Assembly: GCA_965601425.1 (NCBI GenBank)
Contig: CBFCWF010000001.1
Location: forward strand, 1 to 48,445
DNA length: 48,445 nt
Source of the DNA: an uncultured Chromatiaceae bacterium
GTDB taxonomy: Bacteria; Pseudomonadota; Gammaproteobacteria; Chromatiales; Chromatiaceae
Direction: 5' to 3'
Each line of letters begins with the position of its first letter. The first letter of the stretch is position 1. Below are positions 1 through 8,617 of this stretch, piece by piece. The position numbers and the translations under genes were made by a program. Below the pieces are notes generated by a model, which did no database searches, was not told the origin of the DNA, and saw only the letters and a program-made list of their open reading frames with translations.

Positions 1-693
1 GCGCTGGCCTCGGCCACCGGCTGCCTGATTGATTACCAGGTCTATCGGCCGCCCGGCAGCGATCACACGGTCCAGATCATATTGGCGCACGGGTTCCTGC
101 GCAGCAAGGCGCGCATGGCCGGGCTCGCCACACGGCTTGCGAAGGCGGGTTTCGTGACCGCGGCGATCGACCTGTGCAACATGCGTCCCTGGGACGGCGC
201 CCATCGTCAGAACGCCGCCGACATGATCCGGGTCGCGCGCCGCCTCGCGCATGGCCCGGTCGTTTACGCCGGTTTCTCGGCCGGCGGCCTGGCGGCGCTG
301 CTGGCCGCCAGCAACGATCCCAGCAGCCTGGGCGTGCTCGCGCTGGACCTGGTCGACTGGGAGCGGATCGGCGCCCGCGCCGCGGCATCGCTGCGGCCAC
401 CCCTGCTCGGCCTGCATGGCGAGCCGTCGCGTTGCAACGCCCAGAACAACGGACTCGCGGTATTCGACGCGGCACCGCAGGCCGAGGTCCGACACATTGT
501 GGGTGCCAGCCACTGTGACTTCGAGGCCCCGACCGATCGGCTGTGCCGACTCATCTGCGAGGTGGCCGATCGACCGCCGGGCGACGCGCGGCGTATTCGC
601 GGCCAGATCCTCGAGGCCGCGGTGCAGGCCGCCGGCCGCCTGCTGCTCACCGACCCCGCCCACGCCGGGGGGGCTGGCGATATGACGCGATGA
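1..693 (+). CDS. Alpha/beta hydrolase, 5' truncated by window edge (chlorophyllase/dienelactone-hydrolase-like motif order)
   Basis: Frame is open from base 1 (ALASATGCLIDYQVYRP...). Contains AHGF oxyanion motif, GFSAGG nucleophile elbow, LDLVD and GASHCDF His motif. Confidence 0.7.
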   Translation, partial: ALASATGCLIDYQVYRPPGSDHTVQIILAHGFLRSKARMAGLATRLAKAGFVTAAIDLCNMRPWDGAHRQNAADMIRVARRLAHGPVVYAGFSAGGLAALLAASNDPSSLGVLALDLVDWERIGARAAASLRPPLLGLHGEPSRCNAQNNGLAVFDAAPQAEVRHIVGASHCDFEAPTDRLCRLICEVADRPPGDARRIRGQILEAAVQAAGRLLLTDPAHAGGAGDMTR

Positions 694-863
694 CGCAGCC
701 TGCGGTTCTGCCGCGGCACGCCAGCCGGCGCGGTCATGTCGCCTCGGGCGCAGGCGGCTGCTGTCCACTTGTCTTTACGCCGTGCGCCGCGTAAAAAAGC
801 AACAACGACGGGGCGCATATCGCTCCTCATCCGATCCTCCAGGACCAGAGCCGAAGCAACAAC

Positions 864-1886
864 ATGCCGCTGCCTTTCCCATTCTCGGCCATCGTGGGCC
901 AGGAAGAAATGAAACTCGCGCTGCTGATCGCCGCCGTCGATCAATCGGTCGGCGGTGTGCTGGTCTTCGGTGACCGCGGAACCGGTAAATCCACTGCGAT
1001 ACGCGCGCTGGCCGCGCTGATGCCGAAGATGCCGGTCGTCGACAACTGTCCGTACAACTGTGATCCTGCCGTCGCGAAACCGGGCCTGTGTAATCTGTGT
1101 GCCAAGAAGGGGGCGGCGTTCAAGACGCGCCAGGTACCGATGCCGGTGGTCGATCTGCCGCTCGGCGCAACCGAGGACCGGGTGATCGGTGCGCTCGATC
1201 TCGAGCGTGCGCTGACCCAGGGCGAGAAGGCGTTCGAGCCGGGGCTGCTGGCCAGGGCACACCGCGGCTTCCTGTATATCGACGAGGTGAATCTGCTCGA
1301 AGACCACCTGGTCGATGCCCTGCTCGACGTCGCCGCTTCGGGTGAAAACGTGGTCGAACGCGAGGGACTGAGTGTCAGGCATCCGGCCGCGTTCGTGCTG
1401 GTCGGCAGCGGAAACCCGGAGGAAGGTGAGTTGCGCCCGCAACTGCTCGATCGCTTCGGCCTCTCGGTCGAGGTCCGGACGCCGGACGATCTGGCGACAC
1501 GGGTCAAGATCGTCCAGCAGCGAGATGCGTTCGAGCGCGACCGCGAGGGATTTGTCGCACAGTGGAAGCGCAAGGACGGCCAGGTGCGGCGGCGGGTCGC
1601 CCGGGCACGCGAGGCCTTGCACCAGGTCGAGACACCGGCCGAGGTGATCGCACTGGCCGCCGAGCTGTGCATGCGTTTGGGTACCGACGGCCTGCGGGGG
1701 GAGCTGACGCTGATCCGCGCGGCGCGCGCGCTGGCCAGCCTGGATGGGCGGCCGGCGGTCGGCATCGAGGAACTGCGACGCGTCGCAGCGCCTGCGCTGC
1801 GCCACCGGCTGAGACGTGACCCGCTCGACGAATCGGGATCCAGCACCCGGGTCGATCGTGCGATCGCCGAGTTGTTCGGCGAATGA
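864..1886 (+). CDS. bchI: Magnesium chelatase ATPase subunit I
   Basis: PFPFSAIVGQEEMK, Walker A GDRGTGKST, LYIDEVNLL, GNPEEGELRPQLLDRFG; 4-bp overlap with bchD. Confidence 0.97.
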   Translation: MPLPFPFSAIVGQEEMKLALLIAAVDQSVGGVLVFGDRGTGKSTAIRALAALMPKMPVVDNCPYNCDPAVAKPGLCNLCAKKGAAFKTRQVPMPVVDLPLGATEDRVIGALDLERALTQGEKAFEPGLLARAHRGFLYIDEVNLLEDHLVDALLDVAASGENVVEREGLSVRHPAAFVLVGSGNPEEGELRPQLLDRFGLSVEVRTPDDLATRVKIVQQRDAFERDREGFVAQWKRKDGQVRRRVARAREALHQVETPAEVIALAAELCMRLGTDGLRGELTLIRAARALASLDGRPAVGIEELRRVAAPALRHRLRRDPLDESGSSTRVDRAIAELFGE

Positions 1887-3712
1887 GCGAGATGCCGCCG
1901 GCGACCGCCCCGCGCTGGGACGACGCCCTGCTCGGCGCGGCGCTGCTGGCCGTTGCGCCGGCCTATCTCGGGGGCATCCATCTCAAGGCGATGCCCGGCC
2001 CGGTGCGCGACGTCTGGCTCGAGCGGCTGCGTGCGTTGCTGCCGGCCGGCACACCGGTGCGACGTATCCCGCTGCACGCGAGCGAATCCAGTCTGCTGGG
2101 CGGGCTCGATCTGGCCGCGACGCTGCGCGCAGGCCGGCCGGTCGCGCAACGCGGACTGCTGGCCGAGAGCGCCGGTGGCGTCGTACTGCTGGCCATGGCC
2201 GAGCGTGCCCGCCGGGCCACGCTGGCGCATCTCGGCGCAGTGATGGATTTTTCCGAGGTCGTGCTCGAGCGCGACGGTCTCGCCGCGCGCGAGCGGGCCG
2301 AAATCGGCGTGGTCGCACTCGACGAGTCCGCAGCCGACGACGAGGCGATCGGCGGCGTATTGCAGGATCGCCTGGCGCTGGTCATTGACCTGCGCCCGTT
2401 CGGTATCCGCGACGTCGATGACGGGGACCTGGATGCCGCGACGGTCGAGACATCGCGCCGCCGGTTGGCGTCGATCCGACTGGCCGCGGACGGTGTCGAA
2501 ACCCTCTGTGGTGCGGCCCAGGCACTCGGCGTCGATTCACTGCGCATCAGCCTGCTCGCCGTGCGCGCTGCGCGGGTCGCCGCCGCGCTGGCCGGCCGCG
2601 ACCAGGTTTCCGCCGAGGATCTCGCCGTCGCGGCGCGTCTGGTGCTCGCGCCGCGGGCGACCGTGCTGCCGGTCCCGGAGCAGGCGCCGGCCGAGCCGGC
2701 GACGGCGCCCGAGGACGGCGCCGCGCAAGCACAGGAGCCGGCGCCGGTCGACCCGGCGGATCGGGACCAGGATGCCGCTGCGCCGGTCGATCAGACGCTC
2801 GATGATCGCGTGCTCGATGCCGCGCTGGCCGCGATACCGGGACATCTGCTGACCGGTCTGCGTGCGGGCCGGGGACCACGGATCCGCGCCCAGGCGCCGG
2901 GGAAGTCCGGGGCCATGCAGCGTGGCAAGCTGCGCGGCCGGCCGATGGGGGTGATTCGCGGCGACCCACGAGCCGGGTCACGCCTGAGCCTGATCGATAC
3001 GCTGCGCGCGGCGGCACCGTGGCAGCGGGTGCGCCGCGCCGAGCTGACCGGCGTCGATTCGACCGGGTCACCCCGGGTGATGGTGCGCCGCGACGACTTT
3101 CGCGTGACGCGCTTCAAGCAACGGGCGGAAACCACGACCATCTTCGTCGTCGACGCCTCGGGCTCGGCGGCATTGCATCGCCTGGCCGAGGCCAAGGGCG
3201 CCGTGGAGCTGCTACTGGCCGACTGCTATGTCCGGCGCGACCAGGTGGCCCTGATCGCATTTCGCGGCCAGACGGCCGAACTGCTGTTGCCGCCCACCCG
3301 ATCGCTGGTTCGTGCGAAGCGCTGCCTGGCCGCGCTGCCCGGCGGCGGCGGCACGCCGTTGGCCGCGGGCGTCGCCGCGGCCGCAGCGCTCAGTGATCTG
3401 GTGCTGCGTCGCGGCGGAACGCCGACCCTGGTGTGCCTCACGGACGGGCGTGCCAATGTCGGGCTGCGCGGCCCGCAGGGGCGGGAGCAGGCCCTCGCCG
3501 ATGCGCTGGAAAGCGCGCTGCCGCTGCGGCTTGCCGGGGTCAGGAGCCTCGTGATCGACACGTCGCCCAGGCCGCATGCGAGCGCCGAACGCCTGGCCCA
3601 GGCGCTGCAGGGACACTACCTACCGCTGCCCCATGCGGATGCGACAATGCTCTCCGCCGCAGTGCAGGGTGCGGGGATCGGCGCGTCGTCGGGGCGCCTT
3701 GGCACCGGATAG
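1883..3712 (+). CDS. bchD: Magnesium chelatase subunit D
   Basis: LLGGLDLAATL AAA-like N-terminus, Pro/acidic linker, vWA MIDAS VVDASGS, GGGTPLA, LTDGRAN. Confidence 0.96.
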   Translation: MSEMPPATAPRWDDALLGAALLAVAPAYLGGIHLKAMPGPVRDVWLERLRALLPAGTPVRRIPLHASESSLLGGLDLAATLRAGRPVAQRGLLAESAGGVVLLAMAERARRATLAHLGAVMDFSEVVLERDGLAARERAEIGVVALDESAADDEAIGGVLQDRLALVIDLRPFGIRDVDDGDLDAATVETSRRRLASIRLAADGVETLCGAAQALGVDSLRISLLAVRAARVAAALAGRDQVSAEDLAVAARLVLAPRATVLPVPEQAPAEPATAPEDGAAQAQEPAPVDPADRDQDAAAPVDQTLDDRVLDAALAAIPGHLLTGLRAGRGPRIRAQAPGKSGAMQRGKLRGRPMGVIRGDPRAGSRLSLIDTLRAAAPWQRVRRAELTGVDSTGSPRVMVRRDDFRVTRFKQRAETTTIFVVDASGSAALHRLAEAKGAVELLLADCYVRRDQVALIAFRGQTAELLLPPTRSLVRAKRCLAALPGGGGTPLAAGVAAAAALSDLVLRRGGTPTLVCLTDGRANVGLRGPQGREQALADALESALPLRLAGVRSLVIDTSPRPHASAERLAQALQGHYLPLPHADATMLSAAVQGAGIGASSGRLGTG

Positions 3713-3722
3713 GGCGCGGCGC

Positions 3723-4613
3723 ATGGGATCGTCGCGTGACAGCGGTGCCGATCTCGACTGGGCCCGCGAGGCGGCGTCCTGGCCGAACGCGCAGCACAGT
3801 CGCTTCGTCAACGCCGGGGGATTGACCTGGCATCTGCAGGACATGGGCAGCGGTCCAGCGATATTGCTCGTGCATGGCACGGGCGCGTCAACGCATTCCT
3901 GGGCGGGCCTTGCACCGCTGTTGGCGCAGCGCTTCCGCGTGATCGCGCCCGATCTGCCGGGCCATGCCTTCAGCCAGCTGGTCTCTCCCGCACGCGCGTC
4001 GCTGCCCGGCATGGCGTCGAGCATGGCCGCGCTGCTCGAGCACCTGGCGGTCAGGCCGGTATGGGTCGTCGGCCATTCGGCGGGCGCGGCGGTGCTGGCG
4101 CGTATGTGCCTGGACAATGTCATCGCACCGGCCGCGCTGATCAGCCTGAATGGGGCGCTGTTGCCACTGCGTGGTCTCGCCGGCCAATTTTTTGCGCCGG
4201 CCGCGAAACTGCTGGCCGGGTCTTCGCTGGTGCCGCGCCTGTTCGCCTGGCGCGCCGGCGACCAGCGGCTGGTCGAACGCCTGGTGCGCGACACCGGTTC
4301 GGTGCCGACACCCGAGATGGCCGCGCGCTACCATCGCCTGGTGCGTTCCCCCCGTCATGTCACCGGCACGCTGCGCATGATGGCCGGCTGGGATCTTTCA
4401 TCGCTCTCACGGCAGTTACGAAAGATCGCGCCGCTGCTGTATCTGATTGTCTGTGACAATGACCGCACCGTGTCGCCGACCGAGGGGCGGCGTCTGCATC
4501 GACTGTTGCCCGGGAGCCGTTTGATCGCATTGCCGGGGCTCGGGCACCTCGGGCACGAGGAGGCGCCCGAGCGGTTCGCCGAGCGCATCTTCGCAATCGC
4601 CGACACCGCCTGA
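3723..4613 (+). CDS. bchO: BchO alpha/beta hydrolase (magnesium chelatase accessory protein)
   Basis: WPNAQHSRF, LVHGTGASTHSW, DLPGH, GHSAG, GHLGHEE; follows bchD. Start moved to the ATG at 3723, just after the bchD stop. Confidence 0.9.
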   Translation: MGSSRDSGADLDWAREAASWPNAQHSRFVNAGGLTWHLQDMGSGPAILLVHGTGASTHSWAGLAPLLAQRFRVIAPDLPGHAFSQLVSPARASLPGMASSMAALLEHLAVRPVWVVGHSAGAAVLARMCLDNVIAPAALISLNGALLPLRGLAGQFFAPAAKLLAGSSLVPRLFAWRAGDQRLVERLVRDTGSVPTPEMAARYHRLVRSPRHVTGTLRMMAGWDLSSLSRQLRKIAPLLYLIVCDNDRTVSPTEGRRLHRLLPGSRLIALPGLGHLGHEEAPERFAERIFAIADTA

Positions 4614-4624
4614 TGCTGCTACAA

Positions 4625-4667
4625 TGTCAAAACAACTTGACAAGTAAGGTGTCTATTATTGATGACT
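4625..4667. promoter_or_regulatory. Tandem PpsR operator pair upstream of crtI
   Basis: TGTcaaaacaacttgACA (4625-4642) and TGTctattattgatgACT (4650-4667), 7 bp apart; first box contains TTGACA. Confidence 0.8.
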
Positions 4668-4670
4668 GCG

Positions 4671-6191
4671 ATGCCCGACCTATCCGCAGTGCCCGGTGTG
4701 ACCGGGCGCAGGCCGCATGCGATCGTGATCGGCAGCGGTTTCGGCGGACTCGCGGCGGCAATACGCCTGGGCGCCCGCGGTTACCGTGTCTCGGTGCTGG
4801 AAAAACTCGCGGCACCCGGCGGTCGCGCGGGTGTGTATCGACAGGACGGCTTCACTTTCGATGCCGGGCCGACCATCATCACGGCACCGTTTCTGCTCGA
4901 GGAACTCTGGTCACTGTGCGGCAGGCGCTTCGCCGACGATGTCGAGCTACGCCTGATGTCGCCGTTTTATCGCATACGCTTCGACGACGGTGAGTGCTTC
5001 GACTACCACGGCGACCTGGAGGCCACGAAGCGCGAGATCGCGCGCTTCTCAGCGCGTGACGTGGCCGGCTTCGAACGCTATCTGGCGGCCAGTCGGGCCG
5101 TTTTCCGGGTCGGTTTCGAGCAGTTGGGCGATATCCCGTTCGATACCTGGCGCGATATGGCGCGTGTCCTGCCCGACATCGTGCGCCTGCGCGGTTACCG
5201 CAGCGTCTACGCGATGGTTTCGAGCTATGTGAAGGACCCGCGCCTGCGCGTGGTGCTGAGCTTTCATCCGTTGCTGATCGGTGGCAATCCGTTCGCGGTC
5301 ACATCGATCTATGCGCTGGTCTCCTATCTGGAGCGGCACTGGGGCGTCTACTCGGCGATCGGCGGCACCGGCCGCATCGTCGAAGGCATGCTGGGGCTGA
5401 TTGCCGGACAGCAGGGCGAAATAAGTCTCAACACGGAGGTCGCCGAGATCCTGGTCGAGAAAGGCCGGGCGAGCGGCGTCCGGTTGACCGGCGGCCAGAC
5501 CGTTCGGGCGGACCTGGTGGTGTCGAATGCGGATTCGGCATGGACCTACCGACATCTGGTGCCTGAAGCCGCGCGGCGTCGCTGGACCAATCGCCGCATC
5601 GAGCGGAGCCGTTATTCCAACGGCCTCTTCGTTTGGTACTTCGGTACCCGGCGGCGCTACGACGATGTCGCCCACCACACCATCGTGCTCGGACCCCGAT
5701 ACAAGGAACTGTTGCAGGACATCTTCGACCGCAAGTTACTGACCAAAGACTTCAGTTTGTACCTGCACCGTCCGACCGCGACCGACCCGGGTGTCGCACC
5801 ACCCGGCTGCGACGCGTTCTACGCATTGTCGCCGGTGCCGAATCTCGGCGGCGACGTGGACTGGGCGGCCGAGGCCGAGCGTTATCGCGCGGCGGTCGCG
5901 CAACGTCTGAGCGACACGCTGTTGCCTGGTCTCGAGGCACAGCTGGTGACCTCCAAAGTGACCACCCCGCAGGATTTCCAGGACCGGCTGTGTTCGTTCC
6001 GCGGTGCCGGATTCAGCTTCGAGCCATTGCTGACGCAAAGTGCCTGGTTCCGGCCACACAATCGCAGCGAGGACATCGACCGCTTGTATTTCGTCGGTGC
6101 CGGCACCCACCCGGGCGCCGGACTCCCCGGGGTGCTCTCCTCGGCCCGTGTGCTCGACAAGGTGATTCCCGATGCCCACACGATCCATTGA
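4671..6191 (+). CDS. crtI: Phytoene desaturase
   Basis: VIGSGFGGLAAA FAD-binding fold, FDAGPTIIT, SAWFRPHN, GAGTHPGAGLPGV. Start is 4671 or 4662. Confidence 0.95.
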   Translation: MPDLSAVPGVTGRRPHAIVIGSGFGGLAAAIRLGARGYRVSVLEKLAAPGGRAGVYRQDGFTFDAGPTIITAPFLLEELWSLCGRRFADDVELRLMSPFYRIRFDDGECFDYHGDLEATKREIARFSARDVAGFERYLAASRAVFRVGFEQLGDIPFDTWRDMARVLPDIVRLRGYRSVYAMVSSYVKDPRLRVVLSFHPLLIGGNPFAVTSIYALVSYLERHWGVYSAIGGTGRIVEGMLGLIAGQQGEISLNTEVAEILVEKGRASGVRLTGGQTVRADLVVSNADSAWTYRHLVPEAARRRWTNRRIERSRYSNGLFVWYFGTRRRYDDVAHHTIVLGPRYKELLQDIFDRKLLTKDFSLYLHRPTATDPGVAPPGCDAFYALSPVPNLGGDVDWAAEAERYRAAVAQRLSDTLLPGLEAQLVTSKVTTPQDFQDRLCSFRGAGFSFEPLLTQSAWFRPHNRSEDIDRLYFVGAGTHPGAGLPGVLSSARVLDKVIPDAHTIH

Positions 6192-6192
6192 T

Positions 6193-7287
6193 ATGGCTGA
6201 CGCAAGCCCCGCGGACTTGAACGACTGCCGCGAGCAGTTGCGTGTCGGTTCGCGTTCCTTTCATGCCGCGGCCTATCTGCTGCCGACCTGTTTCCGCGAA
6301 CCGGCATCGGCCCTGTATGCGTTCTGCCGCATCGCCGACGACGCGATCGACGGCGCACCGGACCCGCTGCGCGTGTTGCCGGGGCTGCACCGGCGGCTCG
6401 ATGCGCTGTATGCGGGTCGGCCGCTGAACGGCAGCGCCGACCGCGCGCTGGCCACGGTGGTCGCGCAACACGGGATACCGCGGGAGCTGCTGGATGCGCT
6501 GCTCGAAGGTTTCGCATGGGATGCACAGGGTCGACGCTACGAAGACTTCGGCGACGTGCTGGATTATTCCGCCCGAGTGGCCGGCACCGTTGGGGCAATG
6601 ATGGCGTTGCTGATGGGTGTCCGCGAGGATGATGTGCTCGCGCGGGCCTGCGATCTCGGCGTCGCGATGCAACTGACCAACATCGCCCGGGACGTCGGCG
6701 AGGATGCCCGTGCCGGACGTCTTTACCTGCCCGAAGACTGGCTGCTGACCGCCGGTGTCGATTCAGAGGCCTTTCTTGCGCGGCCGGAATTCAGCCCGGC
6801 GCTGGGCCGCGTGATCGAGCGCATGCTCGGGGAGGCGGACAACCTCTACCGTCGGGCCGACAGCGGCATAACGCAGTTGCCGCTGCGTTGCCGGCCCGCG
6901 ATGTACGCGGCGCGACTGCTGTATGCCGAGATCGGGCGCGAGATCCGGCGATGTCGCTGCGATTCAGTCTCGCGGCGCGCGGTCGTGTCACCGGCGCGCA
7001 AACTGGCCACGCTGGCCCGCGTGCCGTTGCTCGGCCGGTTGCCGCGGGCCGCGCTCGGGGAGCCGGCACTCGATGCGACGCGCGGGCTTGTGGGCATCGG
7101 TGCGCGCGCAACGGCGGTGCGGCGACCGCTGAGGGACGATCGCGGCGGTGTCCCCGAACGCTCCGGGGGCAAACTGGCCTCGATCTTGGACCTGTTCGAG
7201 GAACTGGAGCGGCGCGAGCGCGGCGGTTCGCCGCAGGTGTTGGTCCGTGAATCCAGCGTGTTGGCGACGCAGGTCCGGATGCCTTGA
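6193..7287 (+). CDS. crtB: Phytoene synthase
   Basis: GSRSFHAA, LYAFCRIADDAID, QLTNIARDVGEDA, GRLYLP; ATG 1 bp after the crtI stop. Confidence 0.95.
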   Translation: MADASPADLNDCREQLRVGSRSFHAAAYLLPTCFREPASALYAFCRIADDAIDGAPDPLRVLPGLHRRLDALYAGRPLNGSADRALATVVAQHGIPRELLDALLEGFAWDAQGRRYEDFGDVLDYSARVAGTVGAMMALLMGVREDDVLARACDLGVAMQLTNIARDVGEDARAGRLYLPEDWLLTAGVDSEAFLARPEFSPALGRVIERMLGEADNLYRRADSGITQLPLRCRPAMYAARLLYAEIGREIRRCRCDSVSRRAVVSPARKLATLARVPLLGRLPRAALGEPALDATRGLVGIGARATAVRRPLRDDRGGVPERSGGKLASILDLFEELERRERGGSPQVLVRESSVLATQVRMP

Positions 7288-7433
7288 CGGCGTCGCTGAT
7301 CGCGCTGCTCGAACTGGTGCTGGTGGTCGCCCTCCTGGTCTGGTTCGGTGTTTCCCAGCTCAGGGCGGTCAAGAAGGCAGATCGCCAGGCCCCCGCCGAT
7401 GCCGACCGGCGATCGCGGCGGTCCGACGACTGA
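7284..7433 (+). CDS. Small single-transmembrane hypothetical protein (49 aa, not in ORF track)
   Basis: TTG start overlaps the crtB TGA (TTGA). Translation MTASLIALLELVLVVALLVWFGVSQLRAVKKADRQAPADADRRSRRSDD: hydrophobic helix then basic residues. Confidence 0.55.
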   Translation: MTASLIALLELVLVVALLVWFGVSQLRAVKKADRQAPADADRRSRRSDD

Positions 7434-7503
7434 TTGGCCGCGTTCATGCCGGGTTGGCGCCGCCGGCGGCCGGCCCTCGGTGCCGGGGCAGCTCCGCCCC
7501 GGT

Positions 7504-8550
7504 TCAGTCGCCGCGGCCTGTTTCGATTGCGCGTGCCGGCGTTCGGCATGCACGGCCGGCGAACCTCGGCATTCGGAAGGGCAGAAGGGCCTGGACCCAA
7601 GGCCGACTGAAACGCGTCAACGACAGACTCTCGTGCATCGCGGTCAGTCGTTGTCCAAACAGTCGCGTGTCGATAATCGAGCGTGCGTAAAAGGGGGTGT
7701 CCTCCAGCGTCTCGCAGACCTGCGGCGTGAATCCCGGCTCGGCCTGTGTGCCGCGTCGGATTTGCCAGATTCGGGTCTTCGGGAGCCGGCTGTCGACCGG
7801 TGGTTCGAAAGCCCTCACCGTCCCGGACTGCGCGATGCGCAGTCCGAGCGATTGCATCGGCTGCCCGCGTTCGAGTCTGTTGTAGAGCACCGCACAGCTC
7901 CCATCGTCGAGTATTGCTCGCGACCAGTCCCAGCGGACGAAACGCGATTCAAGTGGCTCGGCACCCCAGTTCGCGTCGAGATAGGCGTCGCCCTGCCAGC
8001 ACAGCCCCGGTTGCCGCATATCGACCTCGATGCGCGAGCATGGGGCGATTGGCCACCAGCTGTGGCCGCCGGCCCGGTCGAGCGCGTAGGCGCGGTCGGT
8101 GAACGTCGACGGATACAGTCGGATGATGCCCCGCAGTCGCCGCGGGACCGGCACGCCCCATTCGTCGACCGCGACGGTGAGCGAGCGGCCGTCCCAGGTC
8201 ATCTCGCTCGGGCCGATGGTCAGGCGATCCCTCGTGCGCGACAGTGACGCGCTACCGCGTTCGGTAAGTGCCCAGCGCTGGCCGCTGTTGCCGTAGAGCG
8301 CGACGTTGATCGCGCAGTGGTCTTCCGGGTCGGTGGCGCCGCGCCGGCGCGCCCGCGCGTAATAGGGCGAGAACACGCTGCCGACCATCGCGATGATCGT
8401 CAGGCCGTGCCGACCGTCGTCGCTCAGTGCATCGATGTACCACCAGGCGTAGCCGTCGTTGTCGATGCCACGTTCGAAACCCGGTCCGCGCCCGGCGGCC
8501 GGCCCCCCGTTGCTAGCGCCTTTTGGCGGACATTGACCTTGTCTCTGCAT
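7504..8550 (-). CDS. crtC: Carotenoid 1,2-hydratase (hydroxyneurosporene synthase)
   Basis: GYAWWYIDALSDDG, GSVFSPYY, INVALYG, WALTERG, LEDTPFYARS, HESLSL, LPFRMPR. Confidence 0.93.
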   Translation of the reverse strand: MQRQGQCPPKGASNGGPAAGRGPGFERGIDNDGYAWWYIDALSDDGRHGLTIIAMVGSVFSPYYARARRRGATDPEDHCAINVALYGNSGQRWALTERGSASLSRTRDRLTIGPSEMTWDGRSLTVAVDEWGVPVPRRLRGIIRLYPSTFTDRAYALDRAGGHSWWPIAPCSRIEVDMRQPGLCWQGDAYLDANWGAEPLESRFVRWDWSRAILDDGSCAVLYNRLERGQPMQSLGLRIAQSGTVRAFEPPVDSRLPKTRIWQIRRGTQAEPGFTPQVCETLEDTPFYARSIIDTRLFGQRLTAMHESLSLTRFSRPWVQALLPFRMPRFAGRACRTPARAIETGRGD

Positions 8551-8551
8551 G

Positions 8552-8595
8552 TGTCTATTCTACATGACAACACAAAATGTCCATAGAAAAAGACA
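8552..8595. promoter_or_regulatory. Tandem PpsR operator pair in the divergent crtC/crtE promoter
   Basis: Two perfect boxes 8 bp apart: TGTctattctacatgACA (8552-8569) and TGTccatagaaaaagACA (8578-8595). Confidence 0.9.
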
Positions 8596-8617
8596 TCAAC
8601 GCAAAGCGGGGGACGCG

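Noticed and set aside
762-807. TGT-N12-ACG (762-779) and CGT-N12-ACG (790-807) plus a TTTACGC/GCGTAAA hairpin upstream of bchI
   Set aside because: Both boxes are degenerate and 10 bp apart, unlike the other pairs; the hairpin lacks a following U-tract on either strand.
8513-8533. Minus-strand mini-ORF MSAKRR as a remnant crtD start
   Set aside because: Too short to distinguish from chance; lies within the crtC 5' region.
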